A stretch of DNA of 64,000 nt from Takakia lepidozioides. Lineage: Eukaryota > Plantae > Bryophyta. Positions within the stretch are counted from its first letter, which is position 1, and each line of letters begins with the position of its first letter. The stretch covers positions 70,990,001 through 71,054,000 of the forward strand of contig CM060733.1 in the NCBI GenBank assembly GCA_030704615.1, read 5' to 3'. Positions 1 to 13,834 of the stretch are shown piece after piece. The notes beneath the pieces are model-generated. The model made no database searches and was not told the DNA's origin. It saw nothing but the letters and a program-made list of their open reading frames with translations. A program made the translations under genes and the position numbers.

Positions 1-550
1 GCTCTTAATCTTAACCTAAGCACGCCGTTTAATGATCAAGCAAAACACCCGGCGCGCCTCCACCATGAAAGAAGCAGGACGAGTATCTGCCTATCCTCTC
101 AAGTGCTCTTCAAAACAACGCGGGGAGAACAATAGGAGCGTGCATGCACGCGAGAGGAGGATCTCAATGAGCAAACTGATAGAAAATCATACACACGTAT
201 CGCATTCAGACAGCTTTCCACATCTACATACACCAGAGTACATCAGCTGCCTGACACAAGGTCAGGCCGCCACTTTATACAAACCCTAGTCGCATGCCTT
301 CTTGACGCGTGGCGAGGCGTGTCAGGCTGAGCCCGCGGCGCCACATCAAAACCCTAGATCTATTGAACGGCCATGATGCAGCCACCAGCCATAACTAACC
401 CTGGCTATGATATCTTTGTAATGGTTCAACGGTATTTTAAGCCAAAAAATTATACTACGAATGAGTATCGCCGCTTTGGATGAATAAGGTGAATCTGTGA
501 TGAGGAAAGTTTGGGGCATCACAACACTGGTGGCTAACTAAGGTAGAAAC

Positions 551-1200
551 CAGTGTTGGACTGGAATGTCCATTTTTTAATACCAGACTGGTCCTGGTAT
601 GAAGGGTCCCACCCCTTTTTCATACCAGGCTGGTATAGGTATCTATACAGGTATGAGCAACTTGGGTATGAATCTGGTATGAGTAGTTGTACTTTGGGCT
701 GTATATGAGTATGGTACTGGTATTGCCCTTTCTCTGTAGTGATACTGGGGGGGTATGAGCACTGGTATGGTATTTCTACAGCTCACCATACATAGAAATA
801 AATGTCATTTAGCACATAGCTAATTTTAATCCAAGCCGTGAAACACTAGGCAAAGGTAACCCAAAGTAGCACGAAACAACAAATGAAGTCTAAATTGCAA
901 CATGGAGCCTTGAATTAACCAAATTGTAGTACAGGGTATAACTAGCTGCACTAACATATACTCATATCTACCTCCATTCGCCATGAACTCACCGCAATAC
1001 TGATATCGGAACCATGCTATTCTTCCATATACCCAGACTGGTATGGTATGTGTGCGGGGAATCCTAAAGCCATACTCCCCCAGTACATGTATCACATGGG
1101 TACACTGGTTCTTTCATACCCGACTGGTATGTTCTTCAATATATATATTCATATATGTATTCCATACCTAGATTAAACCAGGTATACCAGTCCAACACTG
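551..1200. mobile_element. Non-autonomous hAT-type element (MITE-like), 650 bp
   Basis: 14-bp TIR CAGTGTTGGACTGG (551-564) / CCAGTCCAACACTG (1187-1200); exact 8-bp TSD GTAGAAAC at 543-550 and 1201-1208; many GGTATG/CATACC subterminal motifs; no recognisable coding domain. Confidence 0.9.
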
Positions 1201-1378
1201 GTAGAAACACCTAAAATGGACCATTTAAAGAAATGTGTGTCGTTTCAGGTGTGCAGTGTCGTCATAAATATATTTATGATGTGGGCACAGAGAAATGAGA
1301 TTAATGCAAAAAATAAAAAATAATAATCCGAATTATTTTAAAATATTGGTGAATATCCAATGTGAAATCGTAGAATAA

Positions 1379-2557
1379 TGTCGCGGTGAGTCTTGGCCCA
1401 CCCACCACGGCCTCAATGGACCATGGTGAGTCCCAAGACTCCCCACGACTCCCACCACAAGGCCTCAACCTCATGGTGAGTCCTATGCCACCCCCACTAC
1501 GACTCCTTACGCTACCACCACCCCTCGTGGAGTCCCCCCACCGCAACCCAGTTTGCGGGGCTCCACCTAGTGAGCACCTCCGCCTCCCTGAGTGCCTTCG
1601 GCACTCAAGGGTGCTTCAGCCCCCTTTCATATTCGCTGCCGTTGCCCCCACCACAGGGACAGCCCCTCTTGTGTCCCGACCCCCCACCCTCAAGGCAAAG
1701 GCCCCCGACACACACCCCAACGAGGAGTCAATGTCCTCATCAACTTGTCCCTTTTTGTGGAAACTAACATCCAAGTTGTGGCGTCCCACATCAAGGAGTT
1801 TGTTTCCGTACCATGGCATCCCATAGCAAAGAACTAAACCCCCACTTGACTTTATTCCCCACTAGCTAGTTTGGCCGACTTCCTCCAAGTCACGGCCAAG
1901 GGTGGAGCTTCCCAAGCTCCACCCAGTGCACTCTTCTTGGCCTTCTTCATGCCCAAGGAACGGTTCTCTTCGAGGAGCAACATTGCTTGCGACCGCTCGT
2001 GTGCCGCTTTGCCATCACCTTGAGCATAAGTTCGCTTGAACCCCTTTGACTAGGAAGATAACCTTGAACCAACCATGCGCCCCAATCACTACAGTTGGGC
2101 CCGTTTTGAGATGTTGGCCTGAGGTACGGGAACACGCTGAAGCCGCACTAAGGCTTCATCCCGAGGTTACACGATTATAGTACGTGAACGGAAGCACGTA
2201 GCTTCCGCATTAGCCCGCACTACAAGACAACCCCCTCGGTAGCACGGTTATAGTACGCGCACCTGTCAAGTGTGCACTAGCATGTGAACTCCCAAAGAAG
2301 ACGCAAATTTTCTTGCTCCTTAGATGGGAGTCACCCGATTTCAGAACTACGCAATCACACGACTTGTCCAATTTACCTCTCCCTACTTTTGTAAGCTAGC
2401 ATGCATTGTGGCATACTTAGCCAACCAACCATGCATCACCATTCCAGACAAAACATGTAACAACACATTTGGAAATGGTTTCTTTATAAACAAAATTTGT
2501 ACAACACAAGTCTTTGCAATCGGATTCCTGAGCTAGCTAAGCCGGACTAAGCATGCA
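1379..2557 (-). repeat. 3' LTR of chromovirus copy 1, internally deleted
   Basis: Starts TG on minus at 2557, next to the PPT; matches about 7934-8562 and the reverse complement of the LTR starting at 51258; the terminus TGTCGCG at 1379 is fused to an internal LTR position. Confidence 0.8.
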
Positions 2558-5500
2558 TTTCCTCCCCCACGATCCAAGGTTGATGTCCCCATCGACGTTT
2601 CTTCCGCTTTTGAGGTCGCCCTTCGAAAGCTGCAACTGCTTCGGGTGCGTTTCCCATTTCTGAGGCACGCACCCAAGTTGCCTCCACTTGATGATAGCCC
2701 TTCCATTTCACGAGATACTCTGTTTCTCGATTCTTGAACGTCCTTGACTTAAGCACTGCCTCCACCTCATACTCAGGTTCATTTTCATGATCCAACAGCA
2801 CAGGTGGCGGACGCAACACTTGATGCCGATTCGGATTTTGAAGTAAGGCTTCAAAAGCAAAACATGGAATACGGGATGCACCTTGTTGTCCAGCGGCAGC
2901 TCCAACTCGTGCACATCCTCATTCATAACCTTCCGAATGCGAAAAGGCCCTGCATACGGAGGTATGAACTTCGGACTCACTTCCGGAGGTAGTCAAAAAT
3001 TCTTGATGTTCAACCATACCTCCGTGTCTGCCTCAAACTTGACTTCCCTCCGCTTCAGATTAGCCTGCAACTCATAACATTTCCTAGCCTTCGTAATGTT
3101 GTACTTTGCGAGCTCCAACAAACGCTCGCGTTCCTCCAACACCGTCGTTGCCGCCGGCTCCTCACCATCCTGGGCTACCCAACTTGTAGGCACCAGAGGT
3201 GCTTTTCCATAGACCAATACGAAAGAGGAAGCCCCCGTTGCGAACTGTTCTGTGTTATTATAACAGAACTCTGCCGCATCCAAGTGCTCCACCCAGTCCG
3301 ACTGGTCTGCGGACACATAATTCCGCAAGAGTTGTTTCACCACGGAATTCACCCTTTCTGTTTGGCCGTCCATTGTGGGTCGGAAGGCCATGCTCATCTT
3401 TAACCTCGTCCCCATTTTCTTCCAAAGTGCCCTCCAAAATTTACTTGTAAACTTTGGGTCGCGGTCCAAAATGATATCCTTCGGGAGTCCATGATGTTTG
3501 AAGACGTGGGCAAAGTAAAGTCGCCTCGTCTCCTGCGCCGTTGTCGTTTCTTTGGTGGGGATGAAATGGCCCATTTTGCTGAACCTATCCACCACCACCA
3601 TGATTGCATCAAATCCTTTTGGCAGCGGCAAGGCCATCATGAAATCCATTGAGACACTTTCCCAACACCCCTCTGGAATAGGCAAAGGCTATAACAGCCT
3701 CGCTTGCTTTTTGTACTCACTCCGGTTTTGCTAGCATGTGGTGCATGTCTTGACACACTCCTCGGCCTCCTCCCTCAGTTTGGGCCAGAAATACTTTTTC
3801 TTCAAGAGTGCCACGGTGCGCTTGGCCCCGCCGTGACCCGCAAACGGACCATCATGGCATTCCCTCAGGAGACTATCTCTGAGCCCTCCCTTCGGTACGT
3901 AGAGACGCTTTTGCTTGCACCGGAGCAATCCTTTGTGCAAGTGGAACTACGACTTAACCCCCAGCCTCAAGTCCCACAATACCGACTTTGCCAACTCATC
4001 CTTCCGATAGGTCTTCCGGATCTTCCTCTGCAACTCCGTCTCGCCCTTGTACACCAACATGAGTTGCTGCTTTCTACTCAGGGCATCGGCCACCACATTG
4101 TGATCCCGTCCCGGCTTGTATTGGATATCCACGTCAGACAATGCCGAAGTGTCTTGCCACCTAATTTGTTTTGGGGACAACTTAGGCTCTGTGGCAAAAT
4201 ACTTCACCGTGACATAGTCCGTGAACACCTTCACCGGGTTCGACCCAACATAGTGACGCCAAAGCTCAAGGCAATGCACCACCGCCTTCATTTCTTTCTC
4301 ATGCGTCGGCCACCGCCTCTCCACCTCATTCATTCATAAGCTACTGGACGCCCATCCTATATCAGCACACCCCCAATCGCGAAGTCCGACGCATCTGTAT
4401 GAATCTCAAACAGACGGTCGAACTCCAAAATCTTCAAGACTGGAGCCTATGCCATCCGCTGCTTCAATTCGGCAAATGCTTGGCCACAAAAAGTGTTCCA
4501 CACCCATACCTTGGATTTACACAAGAAGTCTGAGAGCAGCCCCACGATCTTGGCAAAATTCCTCACATACTTTCGGTAGTAGGAGGCGAGTCCCAGAAAG
4601 GATCGCACCCCCAGGACCGAAATCGGAGGCTCCCACTCCAAGATCGCCCTCACCTTTCTATCATCCATTTTGATCCTATCCTGTGTAATCACATGCCCTA
4701 GGAACTCCACTTTTGTAACCCCAAATTCGCACTTTGAAGCTTTGGCATAGAGAACACCCTTTTGAGGTGCTCCAGGTGCTCTTCCTTCATTTTTTAGTAC
4801 ACCAAGATGTCGTCGATGTACACGATCACAAAGTCATCTAACCACTCCTGAAAGAGGTAGTTCATCAAGGTACTAAAGGTTACTGGCGCGTTGGTGAGCC
4901 CAAAAGGCATCGCCAAAAATTCATACGAACCATACCTTGTCCTACATGTTGTCTTTTCCTCATCTACTTCGGCTATCTGGATCTGGTTGTAACCTGAGTG
5001 CAAATCGATCTGGCTGAAATACTTTGCTCCTACCAACCGATTGAAGAGGTCATCAATCCTTGGCAAAGGGTACCGGTTTTTGATAGTCACCTTATTCAGA
5101 GCCCTGTAATCGACACACATCCGTAGCGTCCCATCCTTCTTATCTGCAAATAGTACCGGGGCTCCGTAAGGTGACTAACTCGGCCGGATGTACCTTTCCT
5201 TGAGCTGTGCCTTCAGCTCAACCAAATCTCTATGGCTCAACCGGTAGGACGCCTTGGCAAGCGGCTCCGATCTCGGCATCGCCTCTATCTTGTGGTCAAC
5301 CCCTCTTCGCGGTGGCAAGCCGCTTGATAAATCCTCCGGCATCACATGCTGATATTTCTCCAGGATCCCCTTGATCCAATCTGGGCTCGGCTCCCTATCG
5401 ACTTCTCATTCCACTTGCCTCACATAAAGCAAAAACTTGGGCTCGTGTGGCTCCTCCACGGCCCACTCTCTTGTCGTTAGCAGGTTTATTCGCCCTCCCA

Positions 5501-7012
5501 CTTGGTTGGGCGTTTCCGATGCTTTTAAGACTTTGCTACCATTCCCACACGGCAGCGTGACTACCGGCCTCTTGTGGCCATCTATGACTACTCCAGATTT
5601 GCTCAAGAACGACATCCCCAAAATGAGATCCACTCCATCGATCTCGCAAATAATAAAGTTCTCACGCCCCTCCCAGCTCCCTAGCCGAAGAGAGACGTCG
5701 AACGCCACCCTCGTCGCTAGTTGTGGTTTTCCATCGGCAGAACGCACCTCAATAGAGGCCCCCACGTCACTTGTTGAGAGTCCCAGCTTCTGTGTTGTTG
5801 CCGGTGTCATGAAGGAGTGCGACGCTCCTGTGTCCACCAACAACGACACGTTAGTTCCGAAAATTACCCCCTCATGAACATCATCTGACTTCTTTTACGC
5901 AAAGCTCCCGTCTCCTGATATAACTCACAAGAGTAGTTGTTTACCTTGCAAGTCTTGGCGACCACCACCTCCACCAAGCGGCTAATGGAGTCTTCGGACA
6001 GCTCCGTGGTCGCCCCGGTCATGTTCAGCTGTCGGGGTTTTGCTGCAATTGAAACACGCACCATCAAAGGTCGTCTTCAGTTCGCCATGAGCCACCGCAC
6101 CTGATTTTTCTTTTGGAGCATTGGGTGTTGTTTTGACATGCAAAGACCCTCATTTTGATTTCCATGAGCCATTGTTGCCGCGTGGCTTATCCCACTTCTT
6201 TTCCGGTCGGAAGGAATCACCATCCCGTCGGACCTTCTTGTGGTTCAACTCCGTACGGCTCTGTCTTTCGCCCCTAGGGACATATGAGAAACATTCAGCC
6301 CTTTCAATTGCCTCATTTAAAGTCTTCGGTGGCCTCTCCTCCAACTTCCGCCTGGCCCATCCCGCAACAAAGTTGACGACCATCTCTGGTTCCACCATGT
6401 CCGCGACTTCGAGCAATAGCACATTGAAAGCCTGAACATAACCTCGAATGTCATCTGTTTTCAAGTTCCTCATCTTGTCTCGGGCGAGCCAGGACGCGTT
6501 GAGAGGCACAAACTGTTTTTTCCTGAGTTCCTTGAACCCACTCCAGCTCAAGGTCTCTCGGTTTGGCCCTTGGTCATGAAGGCATTTTTGCCACCATTGT
6601 TGAGCATACCCCCTCAAGTAGGTGGGTGCCACTTCCACCCGGTCCTCGTCACTCAACTTGGCCACCCGGAAGGCCTCGAAGGTGCCGGGTTCCTTAGGCT
6701 TCACCTTAAACTTAGCCTTTGTGGAAGTGGCGTTGGCCGCCTTCATTACGTCCTTTAGTGTCCCGCCAAACTGCGCCAAAAGCCCTTTCCAAAAACCTGT
6801 TGGTATTGGAGGCATTTGTTGGTCCATCGGAGTCTTCGGAAGGTCCTCAGGCTCGGACTTCCCAGACGTCTCTGGCTCCCGAGTGGCCTCACCTTCAGAA
6901 GCATAACTTGTCTCCTCAAGTTGCCGCTCCGGTGACGCGTCGGCCCCACCGGGCTCACTAGGTTCATCAGCTTTCGGGTCATTCCGCTTTCCTTAGCCCT
7001 GCCCGACCCCAT
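2547..7012 (-). pseudogene. gag-pol of chromovirus copy 1 (gag 6150-7012, protease 5406-5849, RT 4447-5350, RNase H 3947-4440, integrase 2993-3940, chromodomain 2600-2780)
   Basis: LVDTGASHSF; CVDYRALN and YIDDILVY; WESVSMDF, DRDPKF, DGQTERVN; GPF motif; YEVEAVL..YLVKWKGY..EATW. Confidence 0.93.
2558..2568 (-). promoter_or_regulatory. Polypurine tract
   Basis: GGGGGAGGAAA on minus, just after the chromodomain ORF and abutting the LTR TG. Confidence 0.8.
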
Positions 7013-7053
7013 GATGAGGCCAATCTCAAGGACGATTGCGTACTAAACTATGG

Positions 7054-7065
7054 GCTCTGATACCA
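7054..7065 (-). promoter_or_regulatory. Primer binding site (tRNA-Met)
   Basis: TGGTATCAGAGC on minus, 2 nt after the LTR end ...GCGCGACA. Confidence 0.9.
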
Positions 7066-7067
7066 AG

Positions 7068-8562
7068 TGTCGCGCACCTCAATTTGGTAACTCCCCCTTT
7101 GAGTCATAGTTACTCGCTTCGATGCGCGCGCCTAACTCCCAAACTGGCCGCCGGGCCAACTCGGAGCTTCGGCTACTCAACGGGGCATAACGGTCCCCCT
7201 TTGCTCCTCCGCAAGACCCTCGCACACTTTGGGCCTAATGGAAATGCCCTTTGGTTGTTGGCAGTCCGGAATAGCTCCCCATACCTTGGTCGTTTTCCGG
7301 CTCGCACACATACTCACGAGCTTTTGGTCACCAACGGGCTTGCACTGTTCTTGGGGTTACTACTCCCTATATATACTTCTGTAGGTGTCCGCGGGGGTTC
7401 CACAAACAGCAAGTCCAAATCTGGTGCACCACCACCTAGACCCTTGACTCCTTGTGATGAATCACGGTAAGTCTTGGCCCACTCACCACGGCCCCAATGG
7501 ACCGTGGTGAGTCCCAAGACTTCCCATGACTAAAACCACAAGGCCTCAGCCTCATGGTGAGTCCTATGCTACCCCCACTACGACTCCCTACGCTACCACC
7601 ACCCCTCGTGGAGTCCCCCCACCGCCACCCGGATTGTGGGGCTCCACCTAGTGAGCGCCTCTGCCTCCCTGAGTGCCTTCGGCCCTCAAGGGTGATTTTA
7701 CCCCCTTTCCTATTTGCTGTTGCTGCCCCCACCACAAGGGCGGCCCCTCTTGTGTCCCGACCCCCCGCCCTCAAGGCAAAAAGCCGCGACACTTTTGGTC
7801 GCTTAACGGGCTTGCACCGGTCTCGGGGTTACTACTCCCCTATATATACTTCTGTAGGTGTCGGCGGGGGTCTCACAAACAGCCAAGTCCTTTTATGGTG
7901 AACCACCACCAAGACCCTCGACTCCCTGTGAAGTCGCGGTGAGTCTTGGCCCACCCACCACGGCCCCAATGGACCGTGGTGAGCCCCAAGACTCCCCAAG
8001 ACTCCCCACGACACCACCACAAGGCCACAGCCCCATGGTGAGTCCTTTGCACCCCCACTACGACTCCCTAAGCTACCACCACCCCACGTGGAGCCCCCCC
8101 ATCGCAACCCGGTTTGTGGGGCTCCACCTAGTAAGCGTCTCCGCCTCCTTGAGTGCCTTCGGCACTCAAGGGTGCTTCAGCCCCATTTCCTACTTCCGGC
8201 CACTACCCCCACCACAGGGGCAGCCCCTCTTGTGTCCCGACCCCCTGCCCTCAAGGCAAAGGGCCGCGACACACACCCCTACCAGCAAGGAATCAATGTC
8301 CTCATCAACTTGTCACTTTTTGTGGAAACTAACATCCAAGTTGTGGCGTCCAACATCAAGGAGTTTGTTTCCGTGCCATGGCATCCCATGGCAAAGAACC
8401 AAAGCCCCACTTGACTCTCACTCCCCACTAGCTAGTTCGGCTGACTCCCCCAAGTCACGGTCAAGGGTGGAGCTTCCAAGCCCCACCAGTGCACTCTTCT
8501 TGGCCCACTTCATGGCCAAGGTACGATCCTACCCGAGGATCGAATCGCCTTACTACAACAAC
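7068..8562 (-). repeat. 5' LTR of chromovirus copy 1, with an internal ~470-bp tandem duplication, cut by a CACTA end
   Basis: Units about 7321-7791 and 7792-8270; similarity to the copy-2 LTR stops at 8562, where CACTACTACG begins. Confidence 0.85.
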
Positions 8563-9130
8563 CACTACTACGTTTAGGGGGGGTTAGCAATGTCGGGACC
8601 CCGGACGCGCCGGACGCGATGACCCTCCTGCGACTGCAGCGCCGCGCAAGCGCCCGGCCCAAAAATTGCGACGTCGGCCCATCGCTGCCGCGCCGCTCCG
8701 GTGACGCTTCGCCTGCTTGCAATTCCGCCACGTCGCTACTGTTGGGGATGACCCGCCAGCGAGCTGGGGGTTGCGACGCCCGGGCGTTGCACTTATCCTT
8801 TGCGACGTTCCTGCAAGGCTGCGACTGTCGGGAATCGCAACAACACCCCCTCACACTTAGGCGCGTGGGGAGGGTTGTGCTGGGTTTGCGACGTCCAGAC
8901 GTCGCCGAAATGCCACAATGGCGAGGTTGCGATTCCCCACATCGCATGCCTGCTGGGGCGACGCTCCTGCAGGGCCGCGACGTTGGGGAGTCGCAAGGAT
9001 GTCATTCCCCCTTGGCCGCCACGTGGCGAGGGCACGCCACCTCGGGGGGGGGGGGGTTGCGACTGCTAGAAGTCGCCCATCAGCGGTAATGCGATGGGCC
9101 TGCAACGTCCGGGAGTTGCAGAGAGGCCCT
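8563..9130. mobile_element. CACTA terminus with subterminal repeats
   Basis: CACTACTACG at 8563 interrupts the LTR and is followed by dense TGCGAC/GTCGCA motifs. Confidence 0.75.
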
Positions 9131-10326
9131 ATTTAGTGTCTCTTTGCAAAGGTCATGGCAGAGGTCAGGGTCAATTGATCCCCTTCTTCCAATCTTTATA
9201 GTGCTCCTTCTCTCTTGTTGTATAACAGGGCCAGAGTTCTTTCTACCACCATTGGTGCCGATCCCAGCAAACTTGACGGCCGCCACCACGTCCTCCTCTT
9301 CATCCCCTTAGGTGGGATGATGATTTTTTGCACATGCACATGATTTTATTTTATTCCGTTCCCAAGCCATATGCTTAATGACAGCGTTTGTAATGCGTGT
9401 GCAAATTTTGGGAGTGAACAAAAATCATTTGGACTGAAAACCATATTTTCTTCCCTCATTTGCACTCCCAAGTTGAGTTCTTTTCAACTTCAAGCACTCT
9501 CCATAGAAAGTTCCGCAATAGTGAGTGAAGGATTTTTATTTTATTTTTTTATTTTTTGGTCCAATTTTTTCCATGGATGTAGTGGTCTAGGGTTTGTATT
9601 CAAAAAACAAAATAGAGCTAAAACAAAAATCATTACGTAGGACAAATCCGCAATCATAGATATTGTAAATGCAGGGGGTTGCGACCTCCAGGGGTCGCCT
9701 TACGACGGCATTGCAATGCCCCAACAGGTCTGCGACGGCGGGGAATCGCAATATCGCCTTTTCTGTGTCTTTGCAAAGGTCATGGCAGAGGCCAAGCTGA
9801 ATGGATCCATTGTTGCAAATCTTTTTAGTCCTCCTTTTGTGCTACAATATAACATGTATATCCTGCATGTGGGAGACCGTGATCAACCCGGGCGGCCTTA
9901 TTGTTAAAGACAAAGGGCAGGAAGAGGGGGTGGGGACACTAGGAAAGGAAAAGGGAAGGGCCATGGGATTAGAGGGTTGAGGATAGATTGCTTTGGCAAT
10001 GGCTTTAGCAACATTGTTATCTTTCACACCAATTTCGAAGATTCTTTCTGTTGCATCGAGATCATGGTAACCAAATTGATTGAAGGGTTTCCAGGGGTAA
10101 GTCTTGGTCAGCACTTGTAGAACAAGAACCATGTCTTCCAACATTCTTGCCCTCGTACAAAAACTCAACAATCCTAGAGTCACTTTTTCGAGTCACAGCT
10201 TCACTACGCCACACCTACAAAGGATTTTTTTTCATGGATTTTTCATTAAGCAATCATAGAAATAAGCTACATGCATGTACATGTACAATCAATCGAAAGG
10301 ATGGGTACAATTCTGTGCGAGAATTA

Positions 10327-13040
10327 TTATGTAGCTTTGATTACGTGTCTAATCAACTTGAACATCATCATCCGGAGCTTCTTCATCCTCATCAAGCTGC
10401 AAATCTTCTTGCTCATCAGAGTCATTGTCATAAATGGCCTGGTCACCAAAATGCACATCTGAATCATCTTCCACCTCGGTTTCAATGACCATGTCTTCAT
10501 CTTCTTCTCCAACATCCGCATCTGATGGAGCCTCATCATATAGGGTCCGGGGCGTCATCATTATCTTGTACCCCCTCTATCCAACCTTGGCCAACATCAG
10601 CGTCATCATGACCAGTCTCTTCCTCCTCCGCATCTGCCTCGCCCCATGTAGATCCCCGACCCTGATAGATACGTCTTCCTCTTGGCTGAGCATGCACAAC
10701 CACTTTCCAATTTCCTGATCCGGAGAAGAAAACTTGCTCCATGTCTGAAGGCCATGAAAAAGGCTCATCGGAGGGACGATGAGTAGACTCTATCTGTATT
10801 GACGTGCATGAAACCACACTCGTCTTCCACTATTGTTGCGGATGGCCCCACAAGATGTGGCTGGAACCACCTTGCCTTGAAGATAAGAGGCTGGTGCCTT
10901 GTATACTGAAGTTGGAGTATGCTCTCAAGCTCTCCATAATAGTTGAGTGTGCTCATGGTAGGTCGTGTATCTCCCCTGCCCCACACGGAGTCTTGCCAAT
11001 ATGAGGCACACAAGCCAGAATCAAATGTTGTTTTGCGCTTCATGTCAAGAGCACGAATGCGGAAATGACAACCATGAACCCAAACAGCCGTATATGAGGT
11101 TGCAAATTGAGAGGGGCCCCTTGCAATGTCTTGCACCAAATTTGAAATCACCTCACCTTTCGCAATGCTATCCTCTACTTCAGTTTGAAGCCAATGACGG
11201 AATAAACTTAGAGGCTGCAATTCCATGGGCAATTTTTGTGAAGGCACATTCCTACGCCGGCCCCTTGCTCGCGGAGCGCGTGTAGTCGCCCTTGCATGGT
11301 TCCGCCTCCACGCAACCGTCTCCTCCTGTCGTTGCTGAACAAGGTTATTGTATCTTGCATCCCACTCATGTATGGATGGGGTGTTCAACAGTATGAACTC
11401 ATGCGCTTGGTTAATCACCATGATGGATAATTTTACCCTCTTTGAATTTTTGGGCAAAACAATGTCCTTGGTTCGTACATCCTCATCTTCCTTCCACATC
11501 GGAGGGGCTTCCTTATCCACCCTTGTCACTCCATGCAGTAGAACATAACCTCTTGCAATGTATAACCCTCTGCCATGCTACCCTCCTGGTGTGCCATTTG
11601 TCTTACATGTGCTTTCAAAGTCTTCATGTATCGCTCAAGGTAGTACATCCACCGAGAATGCACATGGCCGGCAATTGAAGCCTCTTCCACTAAGTGCACT
11701 ACCAAGTGCACTTGGATGTCAAAGAAGGAGGGAGGAAGGAGCATCTCCAACATACACATGACCACCGCCGCCTCCTTCTTCATGCGTGGAAAGTCTGCTT
11801 CCTCCAGCTCTTTGGAGCAAATCCACCGGAACAATGCTCCCAATCTATAGACTGTCTTGCAAACCTCAGGAGTAATGTCCCACGTAGTGCAATGGGCAAG
11901 ATGTCTTGCAATAGATTGTGATAGTCATGAGACTTCAAACCATGGACCCCGTCTTCGTTGAACTTCATACGGAGGGATGACCCATAATCAGTTGGTGTTC
12001 GGACAGCTCCTATGGTGGCTATCACTTTCTTGTATTCCTCATTTGTCCATTGCCAAGGTGCGCGCCTATACTTCCACCGTACAACACCCTTTGGGTCCAC
12101 ACCATTTTCTTCGGCCCATAGATGGGGCATGCGACCCTGCTTCTCAAGTTCCTTTCTAACACCGAGAGAATCTCATTTCGCAGCCACTCCCTTCTTTGCC
12201 GGCGTGCCATGAAGAACACGAAAAAGGGACGAGCAAACATTCTTCTCAATATGCATGGGATGACGAATCTTCAGGTCCTACACATATCCCCACCCACAAA
12301 TTCTTACACGTCTATTTTGTCGTGAAAGTGACAATGGATATCATACAAAACATGCAATATCACATGCATGCATAGCAATATTGATGGTGTTTTTGTGGAT
12401 TATGTACCGCCCAATATGACAACTCGTAGAAGATTGAAAGTCGCTTCATGCCGGGCACCTCCACTTCACCAGACCCCTCCGGATGGGCCTCCTTCCATCG
12501 GTCTTCCCAAAAGTGCCTGGATGGTGTCACAGGTGGGGGACGTAACTCCACTTTGTCATCAAACAAGTGTTTGTCTCTTCTTCTCCAATGATGGCTCATA
12601 GGAAGAAACTTGCGGTAGTTGGGATACACCATCTTGCAAAGATTGCTGGAGCTTTGTGCATCAAGTTCATCGCCACAATGCAGGCATGCGTGGTACCCTT
12701 TAGTGCTCAACCCCGAGCAAACAGTAAGTCCTGTAGACATTCCGCCACATTAGGAAAGACAAAAAGTTTCCATGTGCATCTACCCCACTACGGTGCAGAA
12801 GACTGTCGCCGCTACTTCAATCAATCCCAATCCTCATCAATATCCCTTGACAGGTAAATGTACACGGGTTTCTCGTGGGGAACATAATATACCTGGATAA
12901 TCATGCATTGTCCAAAGCAAGATGTCTCTCATCTGAAAAGATTGTCCGGCCATAGGGTCAAGTGAAGCATCCAATGTCGGGACCCCCCTCCATAGCGTCC
13001 TTCAGTTCATCAACTAGAGGTCGCAAGTACGTGTCCATGT
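10327..13040 (-). pseudogene. CACTA transposase 1, C-terminal part (TNP2 end, DUF4218, DUF4216, acidic tail)
   Basis: KDMDTYLRPL; GLSTKGYHACLHC; GLKSHDYH; PPSFFDIQVHLVVHL..RWMYYLERYMKTLK; YYGELESIL; EQVFFS; contains introns. Confidence 0.9.
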
Positions 13041-13133
13041 CTTTCACTTGTTTTTTCCCTATGAGACATTCACACCATTAATTGTTTCAATGCTCCACCA
13101 TGCTAATTATACTTCATAATGAATGACACATCT

Positions 13134-13154
13134 GGGGGCTGCTATTTCATGAGC
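13134..13154 (+). mobile_element. Mutator-like TIR end A
   Basis: GGGGGCTGCTATTTCATGAGC preceded by ACACATCT (13126-13133), the reverse complement of AGATGTGT found before end B. Confidence 0.65.
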
Positions 13155-13299
13155 GGCATGAGCATGAGCGGAAAAAAAAGAAGCATGAGCAGACCATTGT
13201 AAGTCCACGGAAATAGGGTTAGGAGGCACGGAAATAGGGTCATGTGAAGTTGGAATGTGGCACCAGTGGACTTGAAATGCAACATTTTATTGCATTTAC

Positions 13300-13834
13300 T
13301 TGCCGAAAATGGCTAAGTCCCAGATCTGACTGGGCCCGGAACTAGAAAAATGGCGCCGAATTTCCGATTTTGGTGCCAGTCAGATCTGGGACTTAGCCAT
13401 TTTAGGCCCCGAACTAGAAAAATGGCGTTTTTTTTTTTTTCGTTTTTTTTTTTCGGTGCCATTTTACCAGTTCGGGGCCGAAAATGGCTAAGGTCCCAGA
13501 TCTGACTGGGCCCGGAACTGGAAAAATGGCGCCGAATTTCCAATTTTGGCGCCAGCCACCCTAGGGACTTAGCCATTTTCGGCCCCAAACTGGAAAAATG
13601 GCGCCATTTTTCCAGTTCGGGCCCGAAAATGGCTAAGTCCTAGATCTGATAGGGCGCGGAACTGGAAAAATGGTGCCGAATTTCCAGTTGCGGTTCCAAC
13701 CATCGTAGGACTTAGCCATTTTCGGGGCCCGGAACTGGAAAAATGGCGCCATTTTTCCATTTCGGGGCCGAAAATGGCTAAGTCCCAGATCTGACTGGGC
13801 CCCGAACTGGAAAAATGCCGCCGAATTTCCGATT
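13300..13834. repeat. Palindromic repeat array
   Basis: GGAAAAATGGCGCCATTTTTCC and GCTAAGTCCCAGATCTG units; 13548-13834 is a near-identical reverse complement of 19608-19897. Confidence 0.9.

Larger units (their letters stand above)
1379..8562 (-). mobile_element. Degenerate chromodomain Ty3/Gypsy LTR retrotransposon (chromovirus, Galadriel-like), copy 1
   Basis: Order LTR-PBS-gag-PR-RT-RH-INT-chromodomain-PPT-LTR on minus; many stops and frameshifts; same family as 46552-52805. The Galadriel-like call rests on RH motifs (EKEM.AVVHCL, LSPKQ.RWQ). Confidence 0.93.

Noticed and set aside
7436-8577. Pro-rich ORFs in the LTRs (also 1386-1837 and 51964-52668)
   Set aside because: GC-rich LTR sequence; the frames are not conserved between copies.
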